DNA of 64,000 bases from assembly GCA_035485115.1 (NCBI GenBank), contig DATHOG010000003.1, positions 3,755 through 67,754 on the forward strand, read 5' to 3'. The position numbers were made by a program, and so were the translations under genes. The stretch comes from Candidatus Sulfotelmatobacter sp. (GTDB lineage: Bacteria > Verrucomicrobiota > Verrucomicrobiia > Limisphaerales > UBA11358). Below are positions 9,823-19,260 of this stretch, piece by piece. How positions within the stretch are numbered: position 1 is the stretch's first letter; each line of letters starts with the position of its first letter. The notes beneath the pieces are model-generated. The model had not been told where the DNA came from, made no database searches, and saw only the letters and a list, made by a program, of their open reading frames with translations.

Positions 9823-9868
9823 ATTCTGCGGAAGGAAAAATTGTACTCAAGCAGTTTTGAGTCGCAGC

Positions 9869-10960
9869 TTAACGCACCTCATACTTTACGCGGATAAAAC
9901 GGGGGCAATACAGTTGTGCATGGCTCATCACTTCGGGCGGATCCATCGAATTGGAGGCGTAGCTGATCAGCAATTCATTCGTCCCGCCCAGTTCGGGATG
10001 GGCCTTGGCGGCGTAACAAAAAACCTTCGGCGTGATTTTTATCTCGGGACATTGATAGATCATCGCCGGCGCGCTCCATGGTCCTTCAGGCGCATTGGCC
10101 GTTCGCATGACGATTTTCCCCCAGATACCGTCCATATAAACAAAAACAAATTTTTTCACCAGCGGCTGCCAGGAAACCGAACCTTCCGGTGGTGCATCGG
10201 TAAACGGCGACGTGGTTTTCTCAAAATCACCGGTCCAGCCGTCCTTGGTGTAAAATTCCCACGCGGTGAAGTCGTCCAGTCGATTTTCCGGCACGCGTGC
10301 CAGCAACAGACTTTTGGGCGCACTTGTATTTTTCGGGTTGGTGTAGCCGTAGACATAGATAAAACCACCGCTCTGCAGGATGGCGCTCCCGAAGCTGGCC
10401 GGTTCACCGTTGGGCGCCGTCAGGAACGGCAGTTTTTTCTTTTTGATCTTCCAGCGGGCGGGCGGATCGTCCGGATTGGCCACGGTGGCCAGCCATGTTC
10501 CCACGCTGTGAAATCCCCAGACGGAATTGCCCGTCCACTGCATTTGCAGCATGAAGAAAAACAGGCCGCGGTCGAGACGCACGCCGTCCAGCAGCCAGAA
10601 ATCCGTTTTGCCATCGGGCGATTTCATGAACGATTCCGGCGCGCCTTTTTTATTGGTTGGATAATAAAAATCCGGCGCTTCCCCGGAACGCTGGATGGCG
10701 ATCGAGCTGTGGATCATCCGTGCATGGACTCGTTGGCCGTCGCTCACCTGGCCGTCAAAGGTGTCGCCGAACAGCCAGAAGGTTTTGTCGGCGGCCAGCG
10801 GAATGGAATACGCCACATCCGCGCCGATCCAGCCGTTCGTCCGCTCGAAATATTGGTTCCACTGCGGGACTGGCTCCACGTGCATGGACAGCCCTGCGGC
10901 GGAGGCGCAAAGCGCCACCAACCAGGGCATAAATCCAAGGGCGTAAAAAAAACTTTTCAT
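9869..10960 (-). CDS. Secreted hypothetical protein, possibly a beta-propeller glycosidase-like fold (DUF4185-like, uncertain)
   Basis: Signal peptide. The NGWIGADVAYSIPL...TFWLFGDTF block is reminiscent of DUF4185-type proteins, but the family assignment is from memory only. Confidence 0.45.
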   Translation of the reverse strand: MKSFFYALGFMPWLVALCASAAGLSMHVEPVPQWNQYFERTNGWIGADVAYSIPLAADKTFWLFGDTFDGQVSDGQRVHARMIHSSIAIQRSGEAPDFYYPTNKKGAPESFMKSPDGKTDFWLLDGVRLDRGLFFFMLQMQWTGNSVWGFHSVGTWLATVANPDDPPARWKIKKKKLPFLTAPNGEPASFGSAILQSGGFIYVYGYTNPKNTSAPKSLLLARVPENRLDDFTAWEFYTKDGWTGDFEKTTSPFTDAPPEGSVSWQPLVKKFVFVYMDGIWGKIVMRTANAPEGPWSAPAMIYQCPEIKITPKVFCYAAKAHPELGGTNELLISYASNSMDPPEVMSHAQLYCPRFIRVKYEVR

Positions 10961-11049
10961 CCGGCGAGCCTAGGGCATCCGGCGAACGTAGACAATTTGA
11001 TTCATCGGTGCGGCTTGTTTGCCGGACGAGATTGCGGCATTATGTTCGC

Positions 11050-11607
11050 GTGAAAATTCTCGTCGCCATCACCGGCGCGACCGGCGCAATTTACGCGCAG
11101 CGGCTGCTGGACAACCTGAAGCCGGCCGAACACGAAATCCACGTCGTGTTCAGCAACTACGCGCACCAGGTCATCGCCACCGAGCTGCCGGAAGGAATAA
11201 AGCTGCCTGCCGGCGCCCAGACGCACAGCCTGAAGAGCATGAACGCACCGTTTGCCAGCGGTTCGAATCCGCCGGATGTCATGGTGGTGATTCCCTGCAC
11301 GATGGGCACGATGGGCCGCATCGCCCACGGATATAGCGAGGATGTCCTCTTGCGCGCGGCGGACGTAGTGTTGAAGGAAAAAAAGAAATTGATCCTTGTG
11401 CCGCGGGAAACGCCGTTGAGCCTGATCCACGTCAAAAATATGGAGCTGCTGCTGCTGGCCGGGGCGACGATCATGCCGGCGAATCCGAGTTTTTATTCCG
11501 GTGTGAAAACAATTGTTGAACTGGCGGACACAGTGGTCGCCCGAGTGCTGGACCACATGGGGATCGAAAACAAACTCGCCCCGCGCTGGGCGCAAGAGCC
11601 GGAATGA
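11050..11607 (+). CDS. ubiX: Flavin prenyltransferase UbiX
   Basis: VKILVAITGATGAIY N-terminus (GTG start at 11050 preferred over the upstream ATG at 11008) and a PCTMGTMGRIAHG block. Confidence 0.88.
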   Translation: MKILVAITGATGAIYAQRLLDNLKPAEHEIHVVFSNYAHQVIATELPEGIKLPAGAQTHSLKSMNAPFASGSNPPDVMVVIPCTMGTMGRIAHGYSEDVLLRAADVVLKEKKKLILVPRETPLSLIHVKNMELLLLAGATIMPANPSFYSGVKTIVELADTVVARVLDHMGIENKLAPRWAQEPE

Positions 11608-12062
11608 AAATCCTTCGTTTCACGGAAGATTTGTCGCTGGAAGAACGGTTTGAGCTGGGGCGGCTGCATCAGGCCGCGGCGGACGGCGACATCGGCGAGA
11701 TCCGGCGATTGTTGCAGACCGAGCACAAAAAACTGCTCAACGTTTTTGACGAGTTGAGCCTGACGCCGCTGATGCGCGCCGCAATGAACGATCATATCGC
11801 GGCGGTGAAGCTGCTGGTCGCCGCCGGCTCGGATGTGAATGCACACGATGACCGGCGTATCGGCAACACCGCCATCAACGAAGTGGCCGGCGACGGTTCG
11901 TTTGAGATGGTCGAGGCGCTGCTGGAAGCGGGCGCGGATCCGACCATCCGCGGCTGGATGAACCTGAACGCGCTCGACCGCGCGCGACACCGCACCAGCC
12001 GGCCGGCGATTTATGCGCTGCTGGCGGCGTCGGCGGAAAAGTTTAAGAAGAAAAAAAGATGA
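11604..12062 (+). CDS. Ankyrin-repeat protein (about 3 repeats)
   Basis: TPLMRAAMNDHIAAVKLLVAAGSDVNAHD and following ANK-like repeats. ATGA overlaps at both ends with ubiX and the ubiA-like gene. Confidence 0.8.
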   Translation: MKILRFTEDLSLEERFELGRLHQAAADGDIGEIRRLLQTEHKKLLNVFDELSLTPLMRAAMNDHIAAVKLLVAAGSDVNAHDDRRIGNTAINEVAGDGSFEMVEALLEAGADPTIRGWMNLNALDRARHRTSRPAIYALLAASAEKFKKKKR

Positions 12063-12961
12063 TCTCGACGATCCAAAAATGGGGAAGCTTCGTGCGTTTT
12101 TCGCACACCGTTTTCGCACTGCCGTTCGCGCTGGCGGCCATGCTCGTGGCCGCGCGGGATAATCGCGGCTGGCCGGGCTGGAAGGTTTTCGGACTCATTC
12201 TGGCGGCGATGGTTTGCGCGCGAACCTGCGCGATGGCGTTCAACCGCATCGTGGACCGCAAATTCGATGCGCTGAATCCGCGCACCAAAAACCGTCATCT
12301 GCCGGCGGGACAAATTTCATTGGCCAGCGCGATATCCTTGTGCGCGATTTCGGCGGCGGGCGTGGTTGCGGCCAGTTATTTCTTAAATCCGATCTGTTTC
12401 TGGCTTTCGCCCGTGGCTTTGGTGGTGATCTGTTTCTATTCGCTCACGAAACGGTTCACGGATTATACGCATGTTTTTCTCGGCATCGCGCTTGCGCTCG
12501 CGCCGGTCGGTGCATGGCTGGCGGTGCGCGGGACGGAGGTTACGACGATGGAAATTGTGCAGATGGTGCTGCTCGCTTCCTCGGTGATTTTGTGGCTCGT
12601 CGGGTTTGACATCATCTACGCGCTGCAGGATTACGAATTCGACAAATCGCAGGGTTTGCGGTCGCTCGTCGTCGCGTGGGGGCCGCAAAATGCGCTGGCG
12701 GCTTCGTTTCTTGCGCACCTGATCATGTGCGGACTATTGCTGGCGTTTGGAGTGTTTGCGTTCGGCCCGCGTTGTTTCGCGTATCTCATCGGCTGGTTCA
12801 TCATTGTTGGCTGCCTTGTGCTCGAACATTGGATAGCGCGGCGGCGGAGTTTGAACTGGATCAACCTCGCGTTTTTTCGGTTAAACGCGCTGGTGGGGGT
12901 CATTTTTCTCGTGATCGTGGCGGCGGAGGTGATTTTCCAGGGCCCCTTCAAATTTCGTTAG
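12059..12961 (+). CDS. UbiA-family aromatic polyprenyltransferase (4-hydroxybenzoate polyprenyltransferase-related; MqnP-like)
   Basis: About 8-9 TM segments, the first Asp-rich motif NRIVDRKFDALNPRTKNRHLP, and pairing with ubiX. Confidence 0.85.
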   Translation: MISTIQKWGSFVRFSHTVFALPFALAAMLVAARDNRGWPGWKVFGLILAAMVCARTCAMAFNRIVDRKFDALNPRTKNRHLPAGQISLASAISLCAISAAGVVAASYFLNPICFWLSPVALVVICFYSLTKRFTDYTHVFLGIALALAPVGAWLAVRGTEVTTMEIVQMVLLASSVILWLVGFDIIYALQDYEFDKSQGLRSLVVAWGPQNALAASFLAHLIMCGLLLAFGVFAFGPRCFAYLIGWFIIVGCLVLEHWIARRRSLNWINLAFFRLNALVGVIFLVIVAAEVIFQGPFKFR

Positions 12962-13002
12962 AAATATTGTAACACTTCGCCGGTTTTGCTTCTGAAGAGG
13001 GT

Positions 13003-13938
13003 ATGGACACGGTAAAAATAGATTCGCCAATGCCCGAACCCAACAAATGCCCGCAATGCGGCACGCCGGTGGCGTCCGGTGCGCTGGCCGGGCTTTGCCC
13101 TGCGTGCCTGCTCAAAGCGGGGACGTCGGAGGACACGGTGACCGATGCAAAACAAGGTGCCTTCACGCCCCCGTCCGTCGCGGAACTCGCCGCTAAATTT
13201 CCCCGGCTTGAGATCCTCGAACTCATCGGCAAGGGCGGCATGGGGGCGGTTTACAAGGCGCGGCAACGGCAACTGGACCGGATCGTGGCGCTGAAAATCC
13301 TTCCGCCGGGCATCGGCGATGATCCGGCGTTCGCGGAACGCTTTGCGCGCGAGGCGAAGGCGCTGGCGAAATTAAATCATCCCAACATCGTCACGCTGTA
13401 TGAATTTGGCGACGCGGGCGGGCAGTTTTATTTTCTGATGGAATTTGTGGACGGCGTTAATCTGCGCCAATTGCTCCACGCCGGACGAATCTCGCCGCGC
13501 GAGGCGCTGGCCATCGTGCCGCAGATCTGCGACGCGCTGCAATTCGCGCATGACCAGGGCATCGTGCACCGGGACATCAAGCCGGAGAATATTTTGCTCG
13601 ACCGGCGCGGGCGCGTGAAGGTGGCGGATTTCGGTCTCGCCAAAATCATGGGAGGTGAAGGTGACGAGCCGGTGGCGGCCGGACAGGTTGCCACCGGTTC
13701 AATCGCGTTGACGGATGCGGGCAAGATGATGGGCACGCCGCAATACATGTCGCCGGAGCAGAAGGAAAATCCGGGCGAGGTGGACCATCGCGCGGACATC
13801 TACGCGCTGGGAGTGGTGTTTTACCAGATGCTCACGGGTGAACTGCCGGGCAAGAAACTTGAGGCGCCGTCCAGGAAAGTTTCGATCGATGTGCGGCTGG
13901 ATGAAATCGTTTTGCGCGCGCTGGAGCAGAAGCCGTAA
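13003..13938 (+). CDS. Ser/Thr protein kinase catalytic domain with an N-terminal zinc-ribbon-like CPQCG...CPAC; ends at an in-frame TAA
   Basis: GKGGMGAVYKA, HRDIKPENILL, DFGLA and GTPQYMSPE. The ORF stops inside the conserved C-terminal kinase motif. Confidence 0.85.
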   Translation: MDTVKIDSPMPEPNKCPQCGTPVASGALAGLCPACLLKAGTSEDTVTDAKQGAFTPPSVAELAAKFPRLEILELIGKGGMGAVYKARQRQLDRIVALKILPPGIGDDPAFAERFAREAKALAKLNHPNIVTLYEFGDAGGQFYFLMEFVDGVNLRQLLHAGRISPREALAIVPQICDALQFAHDQGIVHRDIKPENILLDRRGRVKVADFGLAKIMGGEGDEPVAAGQVATGSIALTDAGKMMGTPQYMSPEQKENPGEVDHRADIYALGVVFYQMLTGELPGKKLEAPSRKVSIDVRLDEIVLRALEQKP

Positions 13939-15552
13939 ATGCGTTTTCAACAGGCGAATGTTTTAAAAACGCAGGTGGAGACGATTGCCCAGGATGAAAA
14001 AGCGGAATCCGCCTCCGCGGAGCTGCGGCGCGACAAGAGCGGAAAGCGGAAAGTGGAAAATGAGCCGTATTTCTGGCGGTCGGTTGTGAAGATTGGCATA
14101 TGGGCGGCGATTATCGTCATCGCGGTAACCATGGCGATGCTTGCGATAAAAAGTAATCACCTTCCTCCAACCGTGGTGCTGACGCAGGCGGAGTTCCTTG
14201 ATAAATTTCAAGCGAACGAAATCGCACACGCGAAAATCAATATTGGTGGTCAGGCATCTGCGTTTACTCCGGTTACCGGCACTTATTTCAAAACTGACAA
14301 GGACGGGAAGGTAACGAAAGAGGAAGTTCCGTTCACCGTGCCAAACGCCTTTTTTACGCAGAAAATGCTGGATGCACTGTTGGTTTCCGGCAAAGTCGAA
14401 GTGGGTTCATCAAACACGTCACGGGAGATGATCATATGGAGTATCGCGCCTTTCCTCATTTTAGGTATTTTAGGTATTGGCACGGTGCTGCTACTCGGTT
14501 TCATCTTCGTCTTTATCATCCGCCGCGTCTGGCGGGCGACCCAGTTACCGTCGGGAGATGCAAGCGTTCCGCCGACCTCTAATCCCAAACGGGTCAACAA
14601 GAAAACCGTCTGGCTACTTGGCGTTTGTTGGTCGACCGTACTTTTAATCGGAGTATTCCAGTTGTGGAACAAGCATAAATTGGATGCGGAAATCAAGGCC
14701 TTGGAACAAAGCCCAGCCGCGGCGGAGGGTAACACTCCATTGCTCGCTACGCAGCCGCTGGTCGTGGCTGAAACAAATCCTGTTTCAAAAACGCACGATA
14801 TTGAACCGTCCGACCTGCGCGAGGCGCAGGCGAAACTGGCGGAGTTACGCGTGGATTATCCCGACAATAATCTGGTCGTTCAAAGGCAGCTCGTGCGTAT
14901 CAAGGAGCTTGAGCGCTTGTCGAAGGAGGAGCCCGGCATACCTGCCGATTTGCGCGCGGCCAAAACGGATCTGGCGGTCAGCCGGGTGGATTATTCTGAT
15001 AGCAGTCTTGTGGTTCAACGTCTGCTCGCCCGGATCGATGCGTTGGAAAAAATCGGGCACGACCAGCCGGGTGCTTCTGCGGAATTGCGTACAGCCGTGG
15101 CGCGGCGGGCCGAGTTGCTGGTGGATTATTCGCCGCAAAATCTCCTCGTGCAGGAAGTGGATGCGCAAACCAAAGTGTTGGAACAAGGTTCAACAGCCCC
15201 GGAGGGTGACAATCCATTGCTTGCCGCACAGCCGCCGGTCGTGGTCGAGACGTTTCCCGTTTCCGGCGCGCGTAATGTTGAGCCAGGAGAAACGGAAATC
15301 CGCGTGCGTTTCAGCCGGCCGATGATGGATGGCTCCTGGAGCTGGTCAACGGCGTGGGAAGATTCCACGCCGGAATTCATCGGTGATCCGCATTATGACA
15401 ATGACGGCCGGACGTGTGTGGTGAAAGTGAAACTGGAGGCGGGGAAGACATATGCCTTCTGGTTGAACTCGGACAAGTTTTCCAATTTCAAGGATGCCGC
15501 CGGCCGGCCGGCCGTGCCATATCTGCTGACTTTTACCACAAAACAAAAATAG
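13939..15552 (+). CDS. Membrane protein: 3 TM, FtsH-ext-like loop, three 45-aa repeats, C-terminal SbsA/Big_5-like Ig domain. Probably the detached C-terminal half of the kinase
   Basis: Same frame as the kinase, with the ATG directly after the TAA. It starts with RFQQANVLKTQVE, the usual continuation of PVC-type kinases. TM segments lie near aa 50-70, 170-195 and 225-245. Confidence 0.7.
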   Translation: MRFQQANVLKTQVETIAQDEKAESASAELRRDKSGKRKVENEPYFWRSVVKIGIWAAIIVIAVTMAMLAIKSNHLPPTVVLTQAEFLDKFQANEIAHAKINIGGQASAFTPVTGTYFKTDKDGKVTKEEVPFTVPNAFFTQKMLDALLVSGKVEVGSSNTSREMIIWSIAPFLILGILGIGTVLLLGFIFVFIIRRVWRATQLPSGDASVPPTSNPKRVNKKTVWLLGVCWSTVLLIGVFQLWNKHKLDAEIKALEQSPAAAEGNTPLLATQPLVVAETNPVSKTHDIEPSDLREAQAKLAELRVDYPDNNLVVQRQLVRIKELERLSKEEPGIPADLRAAKTDLAVSRVDYSDSSLVVQRLLARIDALEKIGHDQPGASAELRTAVARRAELLVDYSPQNLLVQEVDAQTKVLEQGSTAPEGDNPLLAAQPPVVVETFPVSGARNVEPGETEIRVRFSRPMMDGSWSWSTAWEDSTPEFIGDPHYDNDGRTCVVKVKLEAGKTYAFWLNSDKFSNFKDAAGRPAVPYLLTFTTKQK

Positions 15553-15564
15553 GAAGGAACTCGT

Positions 15565-18405
15565 ATGAAAATAAAACTATTGCCGTTGCTGTGCGCCGTA
15601 TTTGTCGCGCTCGCCGTACGGGCGGAGGATTCAGATACCATCGGCCAGAAATATTTCCCGGGCGGCGATTTGATTGAAATCAAGTCGGTGGAACGCTCGC
15701 CTGATTCCATGGTGGTCAAGGGTGAATACAATCTGGTCAGCCAGGACAGTGCGTTGCTGGCGCTATACATCACGGCCACGAACAGCGCGCAGGCAATCAC
15801 CCGCACCGGGGAGAACCAAACCATCAACATCGCCAAAGGCCACGGTGAATTTGAACTGATCCATCCTCACCCGGTTCCCGGCCTGCCGCATGTCTCGATG
15901 TATGGTGGCGACCACCATCCGTTCGCGACGGTTTATTTCGGCACCAAAGAAGAGGCGGCGGCGGAGGGTAATATGAATTTGAGCTCCGTCGCACCGGCAC
16001 ACGACATTGATTCCGCGCCACCGGTGGTCATCAAGACCATTCCGGAAGCGGGCAGAAATGACGTTTCGCCGGGCGAATACGAGGTCCAGGTCACCTTCAG
16101 CAAGGACATGGCCGACCAATCCTGGAGCTGGAGCACGGCGTGGGAAAATTCTGCGCCGGAGATGATCGGCAGGCCGCATTACGAGCCGGATCACCGGACG
16201 TGTATAGTAAAAGTGAAGCTGGAGCCGGGCACGACGTACGGCTGGTGGTTGAACAGCCAGAAATTTCACGGCTTCCGCGACACACAAGGCCATGCTGCCG
16301 TGCCATATTTGATGTCTTTTGGAACCGCCGGGGAAATGCAAACGGCCAAAGTTGAAAACGAAGCGGCTCAAGCAAGCACGCCAGAAAATTTGAAAACCGG
16401 GCTGGTCGGCCTGTGGTCAGGTGAAGACAGTACGATTGATTCCGTCAGTGGCAGCAAGGCAGTGAATGAAAACGTCACCTACACGGATGGCATGGTAGGA
16501 CGGGCATTCGCCTTCAGCCCGGATAAATTCACCTATGGCACCTATACGGGGGTTAAAGTGACCGACCGGCCTGAATTTGAACTGACCAAGGCAATGACGA
16601 TCACCGGCTGGATCCGGGTGCGCGGCACCGGGTACATGATTTTTTGGCGAGGGGATAACCGTCCCGGGTTGGACCCATATTCCCTTTCGATGCAAGGCAA
16701 CCACGATCTGCGTTTCACAATCTGCAATGAGAACGGGTTAAGCGCCATGGTGGACGCGGATATTCCTTATGATGAATGGATTCATATCGCAGCGACGCTG
16801 GATCGCAACACCGGTTACTCCAGATTGCGGCTCTACACCAATGCCGTGCTGGCGGCAGAGGCGAAGACCGACCTCCGGCCTTTCGGCGAATTGCAATCCG
16901 GCGCGTCGCCGGGTGTCGGCATCGGCAATGTCAACGACGGTGGAAATACTTTTCCGTTCCTTGGCGACATTGATGAACTTGCACTTTACAATCGCGGATT
17001 GTCGGCGGACGAGGTTCGGACGCTTTATAATCGTCGCGATCAGTTGGAGCCTGACGTGTCTGCAGCGCAAAAAGATCCCGCAATTCCGGTAGATTTGAGC
17101 TCCGAATACACGACGACCGCATCCCAGTTTGATCAACTCACTGATTTTCCCGCGTGGAAAAGTGTTCCCAGAGGAACGCAAGTGTTTGATCAGGTGCCGC
17201 TTCAAATTGGCGGAATGTTTTGCCTCTGGGGCGAGGGCTGCGCACAAGGAAAGCCGCCGTTTGTTTTCCCGGAAGCAACCACAGGTATCCGAATAAACCG
17301 GAAATTTGAAACTCTTTACATCTATCACGGATCGTTTTACGCGTCACCCGAAGGAACTCCGGTTTGCGATGTGGTGTTCCATTACGAAGACGGTTCGACC
17401 GTGACCAACCAGATGCTTTATGGCGAAGACTTTTTGGACTGGCGTGCGAATGTCAAAGGCGGCACGCCCATCAGTCCGGCCGGATCAAATTCCAGGCTGG
17501 CCTGGGTCGGCGGCTCTTTCTCGCCCGGTAAAATCGAGCCAGTGTGTTTTTGTCTGACGGCGATTGAAAATCCCCGCCCGCAACTGCCGGTCGTATCCGT
17601 GGACTTGTATTCCCGCAAGAGCCGGACCGCTGCCGTGATCATGGCCATGACCACCGGCCCGTCAGGATTGATACAGGAGAAAAGCGCGGTGCGGCCGGAA
17701 AGTGCAAACAATTTTGGTCCGAAGTCCGCCGCGCAGGCCTGGCTGGCGCTGATGGATGCGGGCGATTATCCGCAGAGCTGGGAAACGGCGGCGGATAGCT
17801 TTCACACGGCCGTCACCAAGAATGACTGGGTGAAGCTGTCCCAAAAAGTCCGCGAGCCGCTCGGCAAGTTGATCTCGCGCAAAGAAATTTCAACGCAGAC
17901 CAATGCCAGCATGCCGGGACTGCCGGACGGTTTGTATTTTATCGCGCAACTGGAGACATCGTTCGCCGCGCTGCCCGGCGCGGTGGAAACGGTCACGCTG
18001 GCCCGGCAAACGGACGGCCAGTGGAAGGTCATTTCCTACCTGATCCGCCCGCGCACGGCGGAACAAACGGCGGCGGTGACGGCGGCGCAGGCCTGGCTCG
18101 CGGGGATTGACGCGGGAAATTATGCGCAGAGCTGGACGGATGCGGCGGAATTTTTTCAAGGCGCGATCACGCAGGACAAGTGGGTGGCCGCCATGGAATC
18201 CGTCCGCAAGCCGCTCGGCAAAATGGCGGTTCGCACGGTGGATTCGGAAGAAACGAAAACGGAATTGCCCGGTGCGCCGGACGGCAAATATGTCGTCATG
18301 CAATTTAAGACCGCCTATGCTGACAAAAGTTCCGCGACAGAAACCGTGACGGTCGAACAGGACAAAGACGGAAATTGGAAGGCTGACGGTTATTATATCA
18401 AGTGA
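15565..18405 (+). CDS. Large secreted multidomain protein: Big_5/SbsA-like Ig domain, LamG (Laminin_G_3) domain, unknown middle region, two C-terminal DUF4019-like repeats
   Basis: Signal peptide MKIKLLPLLCAVFVALAVRA. The Ig domain is paralogous to the C-terminus of the previous ORF. LamG hallmarks are LVGLWSGED...DELALYNRGLSADEV. AAQAWLALMDAGDYPQSW and AAQAWLAGIDAGNYAQSW are duplicated modules. Confidence 0.75.
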   Translation: MKIKLLPLLCAVFVALAVRAEDSDTIGQKYFPGGDLIEIKSVERSPDSMVVKGEYNLVSQDSALLALYITATNSAQAITRTGENQTINIAKGHGEFELIHPHPVPGLPHVSMYGGDHHPFATVYFGTKEEAAAEGNMNLSSVAPAHDIDSAPPVVIKTIPEAGRNDVSPGEYEVQVTFSKDMADQSWSWSTAWENSAPEMIGRPHYEPDHRTCIVKVKLEPGTTYGWWLNSQKFHGFRDTQGHAAVPYLMSFGTAGEMQTAKVENEAAQASTPENLKTGLVGLWSGEDSTIDSVSGSKAVNENVTYTDGMVGRAFAFSPDKFTYGTYTGVKVTDRPEFELTKAMTITGWIRVRGTGYMIFWRGDNRPGLDPYSLSMQGNHDLRFTICNENGLSAMVDADIPYDEWIHIAATLDRNTGYSRLRLYTNAVLAAEAKTDLRPFGELQSGASPGVGIGNVNDGGNTFPFLGDIDELALYNRGLSADEVRTLYNRRDQLEPDVSAAQKDPAIPVDLSSEYTTTASQFDQLTDFPAWKSVPRGTQVFDQVPLQIGGMFCLWGEGCAQGKPPFVFPEATTGIRINRKFETLYIYHGSFYASPEGTPVCDVVFHYEDGSTVTNQMLYGEDFLDWRANVKGGTPISPAGSNSRLAWVGGSFSPGKIEPVCFCLTAIENPRPQLPVVSVDLYSRKSRTAAVIMAMTTGPSGLIQEKSAVRPESANNFGPKSAAQAWLALMDAGDYPQSWETAADSFHTAVTKNDWVKLSQKVREPLGKLISRKEISTQTNASMPGLPDGLYFIAQLETSFAALPGAVETVTLARQTDGQWKVISYLIRPRTAEQTAAVTAAQAWLAGIDAGNYAQSWTDAAEFFQGAITQDKWVAAMESVRKPLGKMAVRTVDSEETKTELPGAPDGKYVVMQFKTAYADKSSATETVTVEQDKDGNWKADGYYIK

Positions 18406-18480
18406 TGGCAGGTGCCATCCTGGATGACGTGGGCCGGCACTTTTAGATTTGTATGGCTCTATGTGCCCGGGAGTTGTCTA

Positions 18481-19257
18481 ATGAAATACATGAAAACGCC
18501 GACGATGACGGGATTCGTTGCCGGGCATCGTCGCGCTTTCACCCTGATTGAACTGCTGGTGGTGATCGCGATCATCGCCATATTGGCGGCGATGTTGATG
18601 CCGGCATTGACCAAGGCCAAAAACCAGGCGGGCAAGGCCACCGACTTGAATAATTTCAAGGAGATCATGGTGGCCGTCCAAACGTATGCCTCGGATGATG
18701 GTGACGTGATGCCGTCGGCGAATTGGGACAACAATCTTGGAACGCTGCCCGGCTGGCTGTACACGCCCGGCGGCGGCACGAATTTCGACATCACCACGGG
18801 CCAGCTCTGGCCGGCGTTGCGCAACGTAAAAGTTTACATCTGCCCCAACGACGATGTCCAGATGATGCATTGGTCAAACATCAAGCAACGCGACATGCAG
18901 CGCGCGCAACAATTATCATCCTACGCGATGAACGGCGGGGTGGTGGGTTACAGCCGTAATTTCGCCTGGACCCATCCACCGGCCAAAACCAGCCAGATGC
19001 AATCATCGGACTGCCTCTTTTGGGAAACGGATGAGACGGAACCTTTTTATTTCAACGACGGGGCAAATTATCCGCCGGAAGGTGTCAGCGGCCGGCACCT
19101 GGCCGGTGGCGTGCAGGCGGCCATGGACAGCTCCGTCACGTACATCAAGCTTGCCCAGTGGTACGACACTGACATGGTGAGTCCCACCCGCGATCGCCTC
19201 TGGTGCAACCCGAATTCACCGGATGGCCGTGCCTCGGCGAGTTATCCGGGACCCTAA
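18481..19257 (+). CDS. Prepilin-type N-terminal cleavage/methylation domain protein (DUF1559-like pseudopilin)
   Basis: GHRRAFTLIELLVVIAIIAILAAMLMPAL, the classic type IV pilin-like leader plus hydrophobic helix. The start at ATG 18481 is preferred over 18412. Confidence 0.85.
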   Translation: MKYMKTPTMTGFVAGHRRAFTLIELLVVIAIIAILAAMLMPALTKAKNQAGKATDLNNFKEIMVAVQTYASDDGDVMPSANWDNNLGTLPGWLYTPGGGTNFDITTGQLWPALRNVKVYICPNDDVQMMHWSNIKQRDMQRAQQLSSYAMNGGVVGYSRNFAWTHPPAKTSQMQSSDCLFWETDETEPFYFNDGANYPPEGVSGRHLAGGVQAAMDSSVTYIKLAQWYDTDMVSPTRDRLWCNPNSPDGRASASYPGP

Positions 19258-19260
19258 ACC

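Larger units (their letters stand above)
13003..15552 (+). pseudogene. Possible single receptor-kinase gene interrupted by one nonsense codon (TAA at 13936-13938)
   Basis: Both ORFs are in frame 1, separated only by TAA. The motif RALEQKP-TAA-MRFQQ spans the junction, and GAA (Glu) would restore it. Confidence 0.4.

Noticed and set aside
9593-11053. 486-aa plus-strand ORF
   Set aside because: It runs antisense to the well-supported secreted protein gene at 9869-10960. Its Arg/Gly/Ala-rich low-complexity translation is typical of shadow ORFs in high-GC DNA, and it has no recognisable motif.
11260-11270. GGTTCGAATCC, a tRNA T-loop-like string
   Set aside because: It lies inside the ubiX reading frame (SGSNPPD), and no acceptor or anticodon stems can be drawn around it. 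I found no tRNA in the window.
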